From Bdellovibrionales bacterium (GTDB lineage: Bacteria > Bdellovibrionota > Bdellovibrionia > Bdellovibrionales > JAUICD01): a stretch of DNA of 64,000 bases. The stretch spans positions 224,001-288,000 of the forward strand of contig OZ253553.1 in assembly GCA_965262715.1 (NCBI GenBank), read 5' to 3'. Below the pieces are notes generated by a model that searched no databases, was not told the DNA's origin, and worked only from the letters and a program-made list of their open reading frames with translations. The first letter of the stretch is position 1. The number at the start of each line of letters is the position of its first letter. This document shows positions 1-9,624 of this stretch, piece after piece. Position numbers and translations under genes: made by a program.

Positions 1-447
1 TTTGAACTTGAGAAGCATAAAAAAGCCCATAACTTCCTTGTCCTTTAGATGTTCTACTGCTTGTTGCATAAGTTTCTGTCATAAAATAAAGTCCATTTAT
101 CAGATCAGTAATGAATATTTTATCTTATTTCCATTATCTTGGCATATACTTTAGTCAGCTGGCAAGTCTTATTGACTTTAGTTTTTGTACCACTTTGAGT
201 TCTGATCATCTGTTATTTTTTCACTCTAGCAATCAGTTTTTTCTAGTTTACCATCTTGTTGGTATGTTCATCTGCCGAGTTCTCAGATCATCTAGATTCT
301 AGATAAAAAAATCTTAATTTATCAATAAAATCATTTTTAAAAAAGCTAAATTTTTTAAGAATAATAGACTTAATATCTTTGCAATAAGGCTGTGTACTAT
401 TAGAGTTATATTTTGAGGTCAGTTTTTAAGTTAAATTGACTTTAAAT

Positions 448-1419
448 TTAAGAAACTTCAAAACCTATACCAAGAATAACATAGAAGGAAGAGAGGTTAG
501 CTTTCATACTTGGAATAGGTACTCCATAACCTGACCTGTATGGACCTCCTGAGTTGATATCTATATTGATTCCATTTGAAGGTGGCTGCTGCTGCTCTAA
601 TCCAAAACTACTATTACCACCTCTTGCAGACATAGATGTCTTCATATCATAAAATGAATAAAGACTATAACCAGCCTCGAGCTTCATTAAAAAACCACTT
701 GTTGATTTAAAACCAATCTCTAGAGCGGCTTGACCTGTTCCGACCCAGTTTGAGGCCTTAAATTCAGTGCCAATATTAAAAGCACCACTGGGAGGATAGT
801 TATTTGGACGGCTATCTAGTTGAACATTCACACCATCTTGTTGTTGCAATTCTTGCTGTGGTGAAAATGCTGCTGTTGATAAACCAGCTTGGAGGCCAAT
901 TATAGCATGTCTAAAAACATCTATTGACAAAACAGCTCCAATAAAAGGGCCACTGTCTTTATTGTTAAACATATGTCGATAATTTATCAGGAAAGCTACA
1001 CGATGGGCATTCAATTTAGGATTTAAACTAAAAAAGAGAACAGTTTGTTCTTCAGAGGCATGCATGTACTGGTATCTTATCCCTATACCTAATCCTTTTA
1101 TTGTTGGTATTCTATAAATAATATCCCCGCCAATAATCCATGGCATTTTTTCCCCTAGTCTCTGTGGAGCTATGTAATTATCACTATATGAGTCTTGATA
1201 ACCATGGTTGTTATAACCACTACTGTAATTAGAATTGCAATTGATGTTGTCATTACCACCATTTTGATATGGACTTCCTGTACTACTACTATCCATCCCT
1301 AGACATAATCCCTTACGAGTATTTTTACCTCCATAAACAGTGATTTCCATATTGGCATAAGCTAAGTTTGAAAACCCACACAGTAATATAAAAAAACAAA
1401 GCTGTAGAAACTTTCTCAT
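448..1419 (-). CDS. Secreted hypothetical protein, probable outer-membrane beta-barrel
   Basis: Signal peptide (…NLAYA), amphipathic Gly/aromatic strands, C-terminal YVILGIGF; N/S/Y- and Q-rich loop insertions. Confidence 0.55.
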   Translation of the reverse strand: MRKFLQLCFFILLCGFSNLAYANMEITVYGGKNTRKGLCLGMDSSSTGSPYQNGGNDNINCNSNYSSGYNNHGYQDSYSDNYIAPQRLGEKMPWIIGGDIIYRIPTIKGLGIGIRYQYMHASEEQTVLFFSLNPKLNAHRVAFLINYRHMFNNKDSGPFIGAVLSIDVFRHAIIGLQAGLSTAAFSPQQELQQQDGVNVQLDSRPNNYPPSGAFNIGTEFKASNWVGTGQAALEIGFKSTSGFLMKLEAGYSLYSFYDMKTSMSARGGNSSFGLEQQQPPSNGINIDINSGGPYRSGYGVPIPSMKANLSSFYVILGIGFEVS

Positions 1420-1534
1420 ATCTTCTATTTTAATGGGTTTTTAACAAAAATAGAATGCTTTTAACTTGTTGATTAAAAAATAGACTGGACAAAAATCCAT
1501 ATAAATAGGTTATAGTTGAAATTCTTTAGGCTTT

Positions 1535-1574
1535 AGTACTACATAATGACTTATTTTGCTGAAGCCATCTTTTT
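1535..1574. repeat. 40-bp direct repeat, copy 1 (copy 2 at 1872-1911)
   Basis: AGTACTACATAATGACTTATTTTGCTGAAGCCATCTTTTT occurs identically at both positions. Confidence 0.95.
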
Positions 1575-1719
1575 TCACTAAAATGCATCTCGCCGCTGGC
1601 GACTTTCTGGTAGTCAGCTCAGGCGGTTCACATCGTCAGCAAATAGCTGACTACCTAGAAAGCCTGCTGCATTTTAGTAAACGAGATACTCCTCATTGGT
1701 TAATATCATATTAAGGAAA
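1573..1719 (+). repeat. Palindromic element family 1, copy A
   Basis: Nested stems ACTAAAATGCA/TGCATTTTAGT and CTTTCTGGTAGTCAGCT/AGCTGACTACCTAGAAAG; 3' TTAATATCATATTAAGGAAA. Confidence 0.9.
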
Positions 1720-1790
1720 TTGTCTATGTCTATATATAAACGTTTGTACCTATTGCTTCTAATTAACTTTTTGTTTTTAAAGTCGTCTTT

Positions 1791-1835
1791 TCGGGACCTG
1801 GCAAGCCGGGAGTCCGGCAATCCGGCAGTCTGGGG
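1791..1835 (+). repeat. GC-rich 8-bp-periodic repeat (family 3)
   Basis: CCTGGCAA GCCGGGAG TCCGGCAA TCCGGCAG; related to 10780-10846, 45440-45472 and 53650-53685. Confidence 0.6.
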
Positions 1836-1862
1836 TAAAAGAGAAAAAAATTATGAAAAACT

Positions 1863-2324
1863 TCAAAATTCAGTACTACATAATGACTTATTTTGCTGAA
1901 GCCATCTTTTTAAAGCGTTCTCTGTTTTTCCTTTAGGATAAATCTTTCCTCTTGGATTATTGATTAACTCTTTGTTTGTAAAATCTTCTATTAATGGGCC
2001 ATCTTCAGAATACAACAACCTTGCTCCACTCACTTTTGCTAAAGCAATAATATGTGGATCATTTGACTTAAGTTTCTCTTTTTTTAAATTGTTTATTGCT
2101 TTATTGATGTTTTCATTTTCTTTTTTTAATAATGATCCGTCGTTTATCGCCACAGATGCCCACCTTTTTAAATCGTCTTTATTAAAAAGTTCCTTTGTAA
2201 GTTTTCCACCAATAATTAAAGGTCTTTTTGGAGTGATCCAATCGAAAAATATCTTTCCAGAGGGAGGTTGCTTTTTTAGATTAAAAACCTCATGTGCTAC
2301 ATTAGCATCACAAATAGCACACAT
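1863..2324 (-). CDS. PIN-domain-like protein
   Basis: N-terminal AICDANV, SNDPHIIALA and LYSED acidic motifs; starts 4 nt after the ATPase stop. Confidence 0.7.
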   Translation of the reverse strand: MCAICDANVAHEVFNLKKQPPSGKIFFDWITPKRPLIIGGKLTKELFNKDDLKRWASVAINDGSLLKKENENINKAINNLKKEKLKSNDPHIIALAKVSGARLLYSEDGPLIEDFTNKELINNPRGKIYPKGKTENALKRWLQQNKSLCSTEF

Positions 2325-2327
2325 TAT

Positions 2328-3695
2328 TTAAATTCCTATAGAGCGATTGGTTTCTTTTTTAAAAAACTCTCGATAACATTCAGGAGCCTTTAAAACATTG
2401 CCCTCTTGATCTATCTCTATAGAATGAATGTTTACACTTGAATCTTTACGCTCAAAAAATAAAATAGACACATCTTTAGGTTTTAATTTTGTTTTTTTAT
2501 CCCTTACATCCATACGGATCCGATCCATCAAATGATCACTATGTGTCTCTATCAGGAGTTGTTTTTCCTTCTCTGCAACCTGACAAAACAGACTTCCAAG
2601 AGCTGCTTGAGCAGATGGATGCAAATGTACCTCTGGCTGTTGTAATAAAAATAAAGAAGGGGCATTTTCATATAATAGCTCTGTGATTACAGGTAAAACT
2701 TGACTGACTCCATAACCTACATCAATAAGATTTCGCTTTGGGCCTTTCTTTTTTCCAAATTTTCTAATTTGAATTTCAAAAGGGTTGCTGCCTGTTTTTC
2801 CATGTTGTTTGATAGATATCTCATCAAACAGACCAGATTGTTTTCCAAAATCTTCAAGCTGTTCTTTAAGCTTTTCCCATTTGTTAGGATACTGTGAAAA
2901 AAGCTCTGCAAGATACATAGGAATACCTTCTCCTTCAGGGTCTCTTTTTGCTCGTCGAGAATCATATGATCTTTGGGGCTTGGAACGCACAGGAGCACTG
3001 GCGTAGGGACGTTTATAATGATGAAGAAACTTGTGAGCAGTAGACATAAGCCATTTAAGCTGTTTGAAGTCTTCATCAAAGTGTTTCTTAAATGTAGATT
3101 TCCATTCAATCATTGGAAATAACATTAATAGACCAGGACTACTAAATAAACCCCGTTTAAGTAAGCCAGTAAAAAACTCCTTTAACGCTGGATCTTTATC
3201 CTTATTTTTAGTATTTTTAGGGTTATCTAACATTTTATCATCAATTTTCCGAGTGCCATTATTTGTATGAAATTTTAAACTTCCTTGTTGAAGGTTGGAT
3301 TCCAACCAAATATCTTTTTCTTTATGAGAAATATGTTCTTTTAAAGGAAGTGGGTGAACACTGTTAGGTTTTTTCTTTCCAAAGGTTAAATCCATACTCA
3401 TAATTTCTTTGTGATCACTCAGGATAAATCCTGTTTCAAAACTATCTGGTTTTTTCTCTCCCTTTTTGCCATTTTGATGATGGATTATTTCCTCAAAAGT
3501 TCCTAAATCATAAGGTTCTTCTTTAAAGTTAGGATCTCTACCATGAACAGTGTCCATAAGTATACGGAGCATAGCCATAAAAGATGTTTTGCCAGTGCTG
3601 TTTTCTCCCATAAGAAGGGTAAGAGGTGCTAAACGCACTTTCTGTACATCTCGAAAACAACGAAAGTTTTTGAGTGTGACTTCACTTATAAACAT
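2328..3695 (-). CDS. AAA_15/AAA_21-type (ABC-like) ATPase, DUF3696-like C-terminus
   Basis: LKNFRCF start, Walker A GENSTGKT, VGYGVSQVLP signature, LLQQPEVHLHP, ETHSDH. Confidence 0.85.
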   Translation of the reverse strand: MFISEVTLKNFRCFRDVQKVRLAPLTLLMGENSTGKTSFMAMLRILMDTVHGRDPNFKEEPYDLGTFEEIIHHQNGKKGEKKPDSFETGFILSDHKEIMSMDLTFGKKKPNSVHPLPLKEHISHKEKDIWLESNLQQGSLKFHTNNGTRKIDDKMLDNPKNTKNKDKDPALKEFFTGLLKRGLFSSPGLLMLFPMIEWKSTFKKHFDEDFKQLKWLMSTAHKFLHHYKRPYASAPVRSKPQRSYDSRRAKRDPEGEGIPMYLAELFSQYPNKWEKLKEQLEDFGKQSGLFDEISIKQHGKTGSNPFEIQIRKFGKKKGPKRNLIDVGYGVSQVLPVITELLYENAPSLFLLQQPEVHLHPSAQAALGSLFCQVAEKEKQLLIETHSDHLMDRIRMDVRDKKTKLKPKDVSILFFERKDSSVNIHSIEIDQEGNVLKAPECYREFFKKETNRSIGI

Positions 3696-3751
3696 GTATG
3701 TTTTACCTTTACTTTCTTCTAAAAAGATAATGATTTATAACAAATAATATC

Positions 3752-3842
3752 TGATGTTTATGGTAAAAGGCGAGTTCTTCCGCAGATGGATTGCTCAGAT
3801 AAGCAATCCATCGAGGACTACGAGCCTTTAGCATAAACATCA
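3752..3842 (+). repeat. Palindromic element family 2, copy 1
   Basis: TGATGTTTATG…CATAAACATCA outer stem; GCGAGTTCTTCCGCAG and CGAGGACTACGAG cores; apical GATGGATTGCT/AGCAATCCATC. Confidence 0.9.
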
Positions 3843-3853
3843 AGATTTCAGTT

Positions 3854-6055
3854 TCAAAGCTTTTTCTCTGTTCGTTCTGTGGCTTTAGAAATATCTTCTT
3901 TTTTATCCTTCTTATCTTTGTCTTCATTTTTCTCTGTATCTTCCTCTACATCAGATGGTTGATCGTCTGTATCAGACGCATTGACAATAGATTTTTTTGT
4001 ATTGGCTTTATTTTTCTTTCTGGCAATCTTTGACTTAACTGAAGACTTCTCTTTTATCTGTTTATTTATTTCTTTACCTTCTTTACCTTTTTTACTTTCT
4101 TTGTCTTCATTCGTTTTACTCTTATCTCCTTTTTTGTCTTCCTTCTTCTCCTTATCCTCTTTGCTTTTTTTATGCTTTTTGTTCTCTGCTGCAAGTCCTT
4201 TTTGACGTTTGTTCCTTAAATCTTCGATATCTTTTAAGGCACGTCCTTCCATGATCATGCTCACTTCTTCACCGTCTAGGGTTTCTTTTTCTAATAAAGC
4301 TTCTGCTAAATCATGCAAAATCTTAACGTTGTCTTTTAGAATCTCTTGAGCTTTCTTGTGGCCGTCTGTAATAAACTTTGTAACTTCCTCATCAATTTTT
4401 TGAGCTGTTGCATCAGAATAGTCCTTCTCATTTTTGGTCTGCATACCTAAAAAGACAGGCCCTTCTCTTTTTTCAAAAGTCAATGGGCCTAAGCTTTCAC
4501 TCATACCCCACTCACAAACCATTCTTCTTGCGATCTCTGTCGCTCTTTCAATATCGTTGCCTGCTCCAGTTGTATAATCTTCAAAAATTAACTCCTCAGC
4601 TGCACGCCCACCAAATAAAAAGGCAATCATATTGTGTGCCTTTTGCTTTGTCATATTTAAACGCTCTTCCTCTGGAAGAGTTTGAGTGACTCCTAAAGCC
4701 ATTCCACGCGGAATAATGGTCACCTTGTGAATAGGATCTGTTCCTGGAATAATTGTTCCAACAAGTGTATGACCAGCTTCATGATACGCTGTGATCTTTC
4801 TATCCTCCTCACTAATAGTCATAGATCTTCGCTCTGAGCCCATAAGAACTTTATCTTTAGCATGTTCAAGGTCATCCATGTCCACAATGTTTTTATTTCT
4901 GCGAGCAGCAAGTAGTGCCGCCTCATTCACTAAGCTTCTTAAATCAGCCCCTGAAAAGCCAGGAGTTCCCTTAGCAATAACATTTAAATCAACTTCCTCA
5001 GAAGTTGGTACCTTGCGACTATGCACTTCTAATATTTTTTTCCTTCCCTTAATATCAGGTTTTCCAACAATAACCCGACGGTCAAATCGTCCTGGCCTTA
5101 ATAATGCCGGATCTAAAACGTCCGGACGGTTTGTAGCAGCAATAAGAATCACACCCTCTGTACTCTCAAAACCATCCATCTCAACTAAAAGCTGATTGAG
5201 AGTCTGCTCCCTCTCATCATGACCTCCACCCATGCCCGCGCCACGATGTCGACCAACAGCATCAATCTCATCTATAAAAACAATACAAGGCGCATTCTTT
5301 TTGCCCTGCTCAAAAAGATCTCGCACCCGTGAAGCGCCCACACCTACAAACATCTCTACAAAATCAGAACCTGAAATAGTAAAAAAAGGAACTTCCGCCT
5401 CTCCAGCAACAGCCCTTGCAAGTAAAGTCTTACCCGTCCCCGGTGAGCCTATCAGTAAAACCCCTTTAGGTATTTTGCCTCCTAGCTGAGTGAACTTTTT
5501 AGGCTCCTTCAAAAATGCTATGATCTCCTCTAATTCCTCTTTTGCTTCATCAACCCCTGCAACATCTTTGAAAGTAACAGTGTTTTTATTTTCTGTGAGC
5601 AATCGAGCTTTGCTCTTACCAAAACTCATAGCTTTACCACCACCAGCTTGAAGTTGCCGGAAAAAGAAAAAGAAAAAGAAAATAATTACAAGGATAGGAA
5701 GCCAACTGATCAACAAGCTTTGAATAAAAGAGTCATTGTCAGATCGGTCATAACTTGGAATAAGACCATTATCTTTTACAAATTTAAAAGACTCATCCCC
5801 CGTTGACCCGTAAATTTTAAATTCATCACCTTTATACTTTTCCTTAAATGCAGGTTTGACCATACCAGAAATTTGACCCGTCTTCTCATTAAAAAGGACA
5901 CTCTCGATCTCTTGATTTTCAATGGCTGTATAAAATTTTTCGTAACTAAAATCAGGAATCTTGTTTTGAGATTCCTGAGCATAAAATTGAAACATTAAAA
6001 CAACAGCTAGAACAAGAACTAACCAAATAGCAAGCGTCTTATATGGCAACTGCAA
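3854..6055 (-). CDS. ftsH: ATP-dependent zinc metalloprotease FtsH
   Basis: Two TM helices, [43 protein letters not shown]-rich tail. Confidence 0.98.
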   Translation of the reverse strand: MQLPYKTLAIWLVLVLAVVLMFQFYAQESQNKIPDFSYEKFYTAIENQEIESVLFNEKTGQISGMVKPAFKEKYKGDEFKIYGSTGDESFKFVKDNGLIPSYDRSDNDSFIQSLLISWLPILVIIFFFFFFFRQLQAGGGKAMSFGKSKARLLTENKNTVTFKDVAGVDEAKEELEEIIAFLKEPKKFTQLGGKIPKGVLLIGSPGTGKTLLARAVAGEAEVPFFTISGSDFVEMFVGVGASRVRDLFEQGKKNAPCIVFIDEIDAVGRHRGAGMGGGHDEREQTLNQLLVEMDGFESTEGVILIAATNRPDVLDPALLRPGRFDRRVIVGKPDIKGRKKILEVHSRKVPTSEEVDLNVIAKGTPGFSGADLRSLVNEAALLAARRNKNIVDMDDLEHAKDKVLMGSERRSMTISEEDRKITAYHEAGHTLVGTIIPGTDPIHKVTIIPRGMALGVTQTLPEEERLNMTKQKAHNMIAFLFGGRAAEELIFEDYTTGAGNDIERATEIARRMVCEWGMSESLGPLTFEKREGPVFLGMQTKNEKDYSDATAQKIDEEVTKFITDGHKKAQEILKDNVKILHDLAEALLEKETLDGEEVSMIMEGRALKDIEDLRNKRQKGLAAENKKHKKSKEDKEKKEDKKGDKSKTNEDKESKKGKEGKEINKQIKEKSSVKSKIARKKNKANTKKSIVNASDTDDQPSDVEEDTEKNEDKDKKDKKEDISKATERTEKKL

Positions 6056-6136
6056 AATTTATCCTTTCAGGTTAGAAAATAAATAAAACCCCTTAGTAAA
6101 CAATCCTTTAATAAATAAAATGAATCAGCCTTTGTA

Positions 6137-6321
6137 TCACTCAAAATAAACTGGCCTCTTGAGGCGAACCTCTCGAGGCGAACCTCTCGAGGCGAGCCTC
6201 TGGCCATTTTTGGACAGTTAGCCTGAAGGTCTCTCGCCTTCAGGAAATGCTAACTGCCTCAAAAATCCGTTTATTTTGAGTAGAGAGACTTGCTTCATTG
6301 TTTAACATGATGTTAAGGAAA
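6137..6321 (+). repeat. Palindromic element family 1, copy D (three 14-bp CCTCTCGAGGCGAR units)
   Basis: ACTCAAAATAAAC/GTTTATTTTGAGT, CAGTTAGC/GCTAACTG, CTGAAGG/CCTTCAG; 3' TTAACATGATGTTAAGGAAA. Confidence 0.9.
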
Positions 6322-6381
6322 ATCTCTTTCCAACTTCTCCCTCTTCAAATCACACCAAATCTTCTCATAGCAAGCTAAGAG

Positions 6382-6472
6382 TTGGTGTTTATGCCAAAAA
6401 AAGCGAGTTCTTCCGCAGGATAGTTGCAAAAGCAATTATCCGAGGACTACGAGTTTTTGGCATAAATACCAA
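6382..6472 (+). repeat. Palindromic element family 2, copy 2
   Basis: TTGGTGTTTATGCCAAAAA…TTTTTGGCATAAATACCAA with the same core motifs as copy 1. Confidence 0.9.
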
Positions 6473-6587
6473 ATCATTGCCCCCCAAAGATTTTTCCCCT
6501 TGTTTTTCTAAAAAACAACACAACCTTTAACTCTTCCTATTCATCTCATCCACTTATACTATAACTATATCTTAATAATAACACAAT

Positions 6588-8027
6588 CTATTGAATATCT
6601 AAAAAGATCAAACTGATTTTTCCCTTATTAAAAACCCTCAAAATATTTTGACCTCGCTTTAAATTGCTAAAAACAGACCTTGCAAGCGCAGTTGCAGGTT
6701 TTCTATTGACATCCAAGATAAGGTCTCCTTTGCGCATACCCCCTTTCCAAGCAATACCATCATAAGTCACATGACTGACAATAGGTCTTTGAAAAGGAGG
6801 ATTAATGATCCCATACTCTCTAGCTAAACCTTCACTAAAGTTTGAGAGCATAAACCCTAATTGGTGAGGAGCTTCTAATCCTTTTTTTGATTTCTGATCC
6901 GTCTTAGAAGCATGTCTTGGCTCTTGAGAATTTGTGCCTACTCTCACTCTTAGTGATTGCCTTTTACCTTGCCGAATCAATTGAATGGTCGCAGCTTTTC
7001 CTACATCATAATCTTTCACAGCGTTGATCAAATCATTAGGAGCCTTAATCTCTGTTTGATTGAATTTCTTAATGACATCGTAAGTCTGAACCCCAGCTTT
7101 ATCAGCTGGGCTATCCTTGTATATCTCCAAAACTAAGGCCCCATTTTGATCCGAAAGGTTAAGTGCCTGCATAGCTCTTCTACTAATTGTATCAATACCC
7201 ACCCCAAGATAGCCGTGCTCAATATAACCCAATTTTTCTAGTTGAGGCTTGATCTCTTTGATCACATTAATAGGAATAGCAAAGCCAATACCTTGTGCCC
7301 TTGCATCAATAGCTGTATTAACCCCAATAACCTCCCCTTGCATATTAACAAGAGGACCTCCTGAGTTGCCTGGATTAATGCTTGCATCTGTTTGCAAAAA
7401 AGCAGCAGGGCCTAAGGAATCAATATGTCTTTGTTTTGCAGAAATAATACCCTTACTCACACTGAAACTATGACCAAAAGGATTGCCAAAAGCTGCGACC
7501 CACTCTCCAACCTGAACCTTATCACTATCACCAAGCTTAGCATATTTTAGGTTTGGAGGTAACTTACCTTCGATTTTAATAAGAGCTATGTCAAATCGAG
7601 AATCATCACCAATCACTTTTGTAGGGTAATGCTTTTCCTCACCTATGAGCTGCACTTCAGGCATTTTAGCAGCCCTGATGACATGGCTGTTTGTTAAAAT
7701 TAAACCAGAGTTATCAATAATGAAGCCTGTACCTATAATGTGCCTTTCTGTGGGTTGTTTCTTTTGAGGTTGTTGTCTTTGATTGAAACCATAAAACTCC
7801 AATAAGTGTTCGAAAAAAGGATTAACATACTGAGGACGAGTTGTTGTAGAAATGTTTACAACCGTAGGATTGATCTTTTTTGCAAGCTCTATAAATTGAT
7901 TGGCAGGCAGTGGAGCACCTAACTTCATCTGATAGCTGTTGTCTTTTGCTAATGTGTATGTCGAGGTTTGAAGTGAACACAATACTACAAAAAATATAAA
8001 ATTTATAATTACAATAAAATGTTTCAG
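6588..8027 (-). CDS. degP: HtrA/DegP-family serine protease with two PDZ domains
   Basis: GTGFII, TNSHV, DIAL, TDASINPGNSGGPL; ORF extended to a CTG codon behind AGGAGG gives a complete signal peptide. Confidence 0.93.
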   Translation of the reverse strand: MKHFIVIINFIFFVVLCSLQTSTYTLAKDNSYQMKLGAPLPANQFIELAKKINPTVVNISTTTRPQYVNPFFEHLLEFYGFNQRQQPQKKQPTERHIIGTGFIIDNSGLILTNSHVIRAAKMPEVQLIGEEKHYPTKVIGDDSRFDIALIKIEGKLPPNLKYAKLGDSDKVQVGEWVAAFGNPFGHSFSVSKGIISAKQRHIDSLGPAAFLQTDASINPGNSGGPLVNMQGEVIGVNTAIDARAQGIGFAIPINVIKEIKPQLEKLGYIEHGYLGVGIDTISRRAMQALNLSDQNGALVLEIYKDSPADKAGVQTYDVIKKFNQTEIKAPNDLINAVKDYDVGKAATIQLIRQGKRQSLRVRVGTNSQEPRHASKTDQKSKKGLEAPHQLGFMLSNFSEGLAREYGIINPPFQRPIVSHVTYDGIAWKGGMRKGDLILDVNRKPATALARSVFSNLKRGQNILRVFNKGKISLIFLDIQ

Positions 8028-8047
8028 TTTACACCTCCTATATGCTT

Positions 8048-8518
8048 TTAATGAATTTCTACATATCTTATTTGTAGATCAGATATGATAGCATCAAGTA
8101 ATTTTTGTTCGTCTGAACTTAAATTCCCTTCTGTCTTTTTCTTCAGCATAATCAGCATATCAATATTGAACTTAGCCATTGGCTTATCTATTTTAGACTC
8201 CTTAATGTCTTGTGAAGGGTCTATTGCTAAGCCTAAAGCAATGAGAGCTGCAGAGCTTAAAGACAAAACAAGTGTGGACACTGTAGGTTCTAAAGTCACC
8301 CCTTGTGTATTTGCGCTAGATGTATCTGATGAGCTTGTATCTGATACCTTTTTATCTGCGATCTCATCTGATTTGTTATTTTCTTCATTTTTTTGCGTAT
8401 CAGTAGTTTGTGCGCCAGAAGAAGCCTCACCACTTTTAGCTAAGCGTTCCTTCAAATGGCTGCCTAAATTCATATTATCAAAGCTATCAGTATTTTTGCT
8501 GTCTGTTGTATTTGTCAT
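8048..8518 (-). CDS. DUF1844-domain protein
   Basis: C-terminal LSLSSAALIALG…AKFNIDMLIMLKKKTEGNLSSDEQKLL…LQIRYVE pattern; low-complexity N-terminus. Confidence 0.8.
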   Translation of the reverse strand: MTNTTDSKNTDSFDNMNLGSHLKERLAKSGEASSGAQTTDTQKNEENNKSDEIADKKVSDTSSSDTSSANTQGVTLEPTVSTLVLSLSSAALIALGLAIDPSQDIKESKIDKPMAKFNIDMLIMLKKKTEGNLSSDEQKLLDAIISDLQIRYVEIH

Positions 8519-8763
8519 GATAGTTCTATGACTCCTTCTTAAATTTAATTCATCTGGCTGTTATAAATTTCCATAAATATATACCTACCAAGTGCACTTG
8601 TCAATTATATCTCAAAGTAGAAAGAGTTTGTTGGAAATTTTACATGGTCTACTTAAAATATATAAAAAAATTACAGAAACTATAGATTAAGAGCCTATAG
8701 ACTCTTTATATGACCTTTTTTGGAACAATATTAATCAATGATTGATAAAGGATTGAGATGTCA

Positions 8764-8792
8764 AATAACCTTTTTCTGGGAAATTAATTCTA
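8764..8792. repeat. Left arm of ~30-bp imperfect inverted repeat flanking the M48 gene (right arm 9639-9668)
   Basis: AATAACCTTTTTCTGGGAAATTAATTCTA vs reverse complement AATCACCTTTTTCTGGAAAACATAATTCTA (26/30). Confidence 0.8.
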
Positions 8793-8808
8793 TAAGTAGT
8801 ACATATAG

Positions 8809-9624
8809 TTATAAAGGATATCTGTTGATGAGTTTACGAATACGGCTTTCTACACTGGGCACAAAATAATGTATGAATAAATCCTTTTTAAGAGGGTTTA
8901 CAATAAATAAATGAGCCATTGCCAAAGGGACCTCAATTGGTTGAGTTTGACAGTAAGATTCTAGTTTCCACAGAGCTTGCGTTAAATGTTCAGGATTTCC
9001 AGAAATAGATACTGCAAATTGGTCTGCTTCATAGTCACTTTTTGGACGGACAATCAATCTTAAACAAATCAACGCTATTGGTATAAAAGGATATATAAAA
9101 AAATGTACTTTTTGTGCTTTCCAACCTATTTTTTTTAAAATAAAAGTCATCGCCCTATCTGCTATATCACCCCCAAAAAGACAAAAATTTATTACAGCAC
9201 TACCCACTCCAAAAGATAATGTGTCCTTTTTAATGTGAAATATCTCATGAGCTAATACTGATTTTAATTCCTCTTGTGTTAAAATCTCAATAAGGCTCTT
9301 AGAAATTATAATAGATCTATAAAGTATTCCTATAGAAAAAACAGTTGGTGCATTCAAAGAACTCATAAAAACTTGAGGTGTAGAAATTCCAGCCTGCTTA
9401 GCTAAATGATTAACGGTCTGGGAAATCTTCCAGGGATCTAAACCTTCAATCTGATGATCAGAAAAAGCCTTGTATAACACCCGATCAATATAAAAATAAA
9501 TATATAAACTCCACAAAATCACTATAACAAAAGCTATCAATAAACCCCAACGATCATAAGAGTTATAACCAACTACAAAAACCAAACAAAATGTAAAACC
9601 TAAAAACAAAAACACCCGTAACAT
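8809..9624 (-). CDS. M48 family (HtpX-like) membrane zinc metalloprotease
   Basis: TM helices, ELKSVLAHEIFH (HExxH), YEAD, AHLFIVNPL…PSVESRI. Confidence 0.85.
   Translation of the reverse strand: MLRVFLFLGFTFCLVFVVGYNSYDRWGLLIAFVIVILWSLYIYFYIDRVLYKAFSDHQIEGLDPWKISQTVNHLAKQAGISTPQVFMSSLNAPTVFSIGILYRSIIISKSLIEILTQEELKSVLAHEIFHIKKDTLSFGVGSAVINFCLFGGDIADRAMTFILKKIGWKAQKVHFFIYPFIPIALICLRLIVRPKSDYEADQFAVSISGNPEHLTQALWKLESYCQTQPIEVPLAMAHLFIVNPLKKDLFIHYFVPSVESRIRKLINRYPL

Noticed and set aside
1..82. Possible gene start on the minus strand running off the window (MQQAVEHLKDKEV… from 69 or MTETYATS… from 82)
   Set aside because: Too short to choose a frame or assign a product
3709..3927. 72-aa ORF, and similar short ORFs at 111, 1696, 10773 and 61089
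   Set aside because: They overlap palindromic repeats or real gene ends and have no protein-like motifs
6290..6320. 3' tail of family 1 (…ATGTTAA) as a dif/Xer site
   Set aside because: Only resembles a XerD arm; the XerC arm and spacing do not match, so it is kept as part of the repeat
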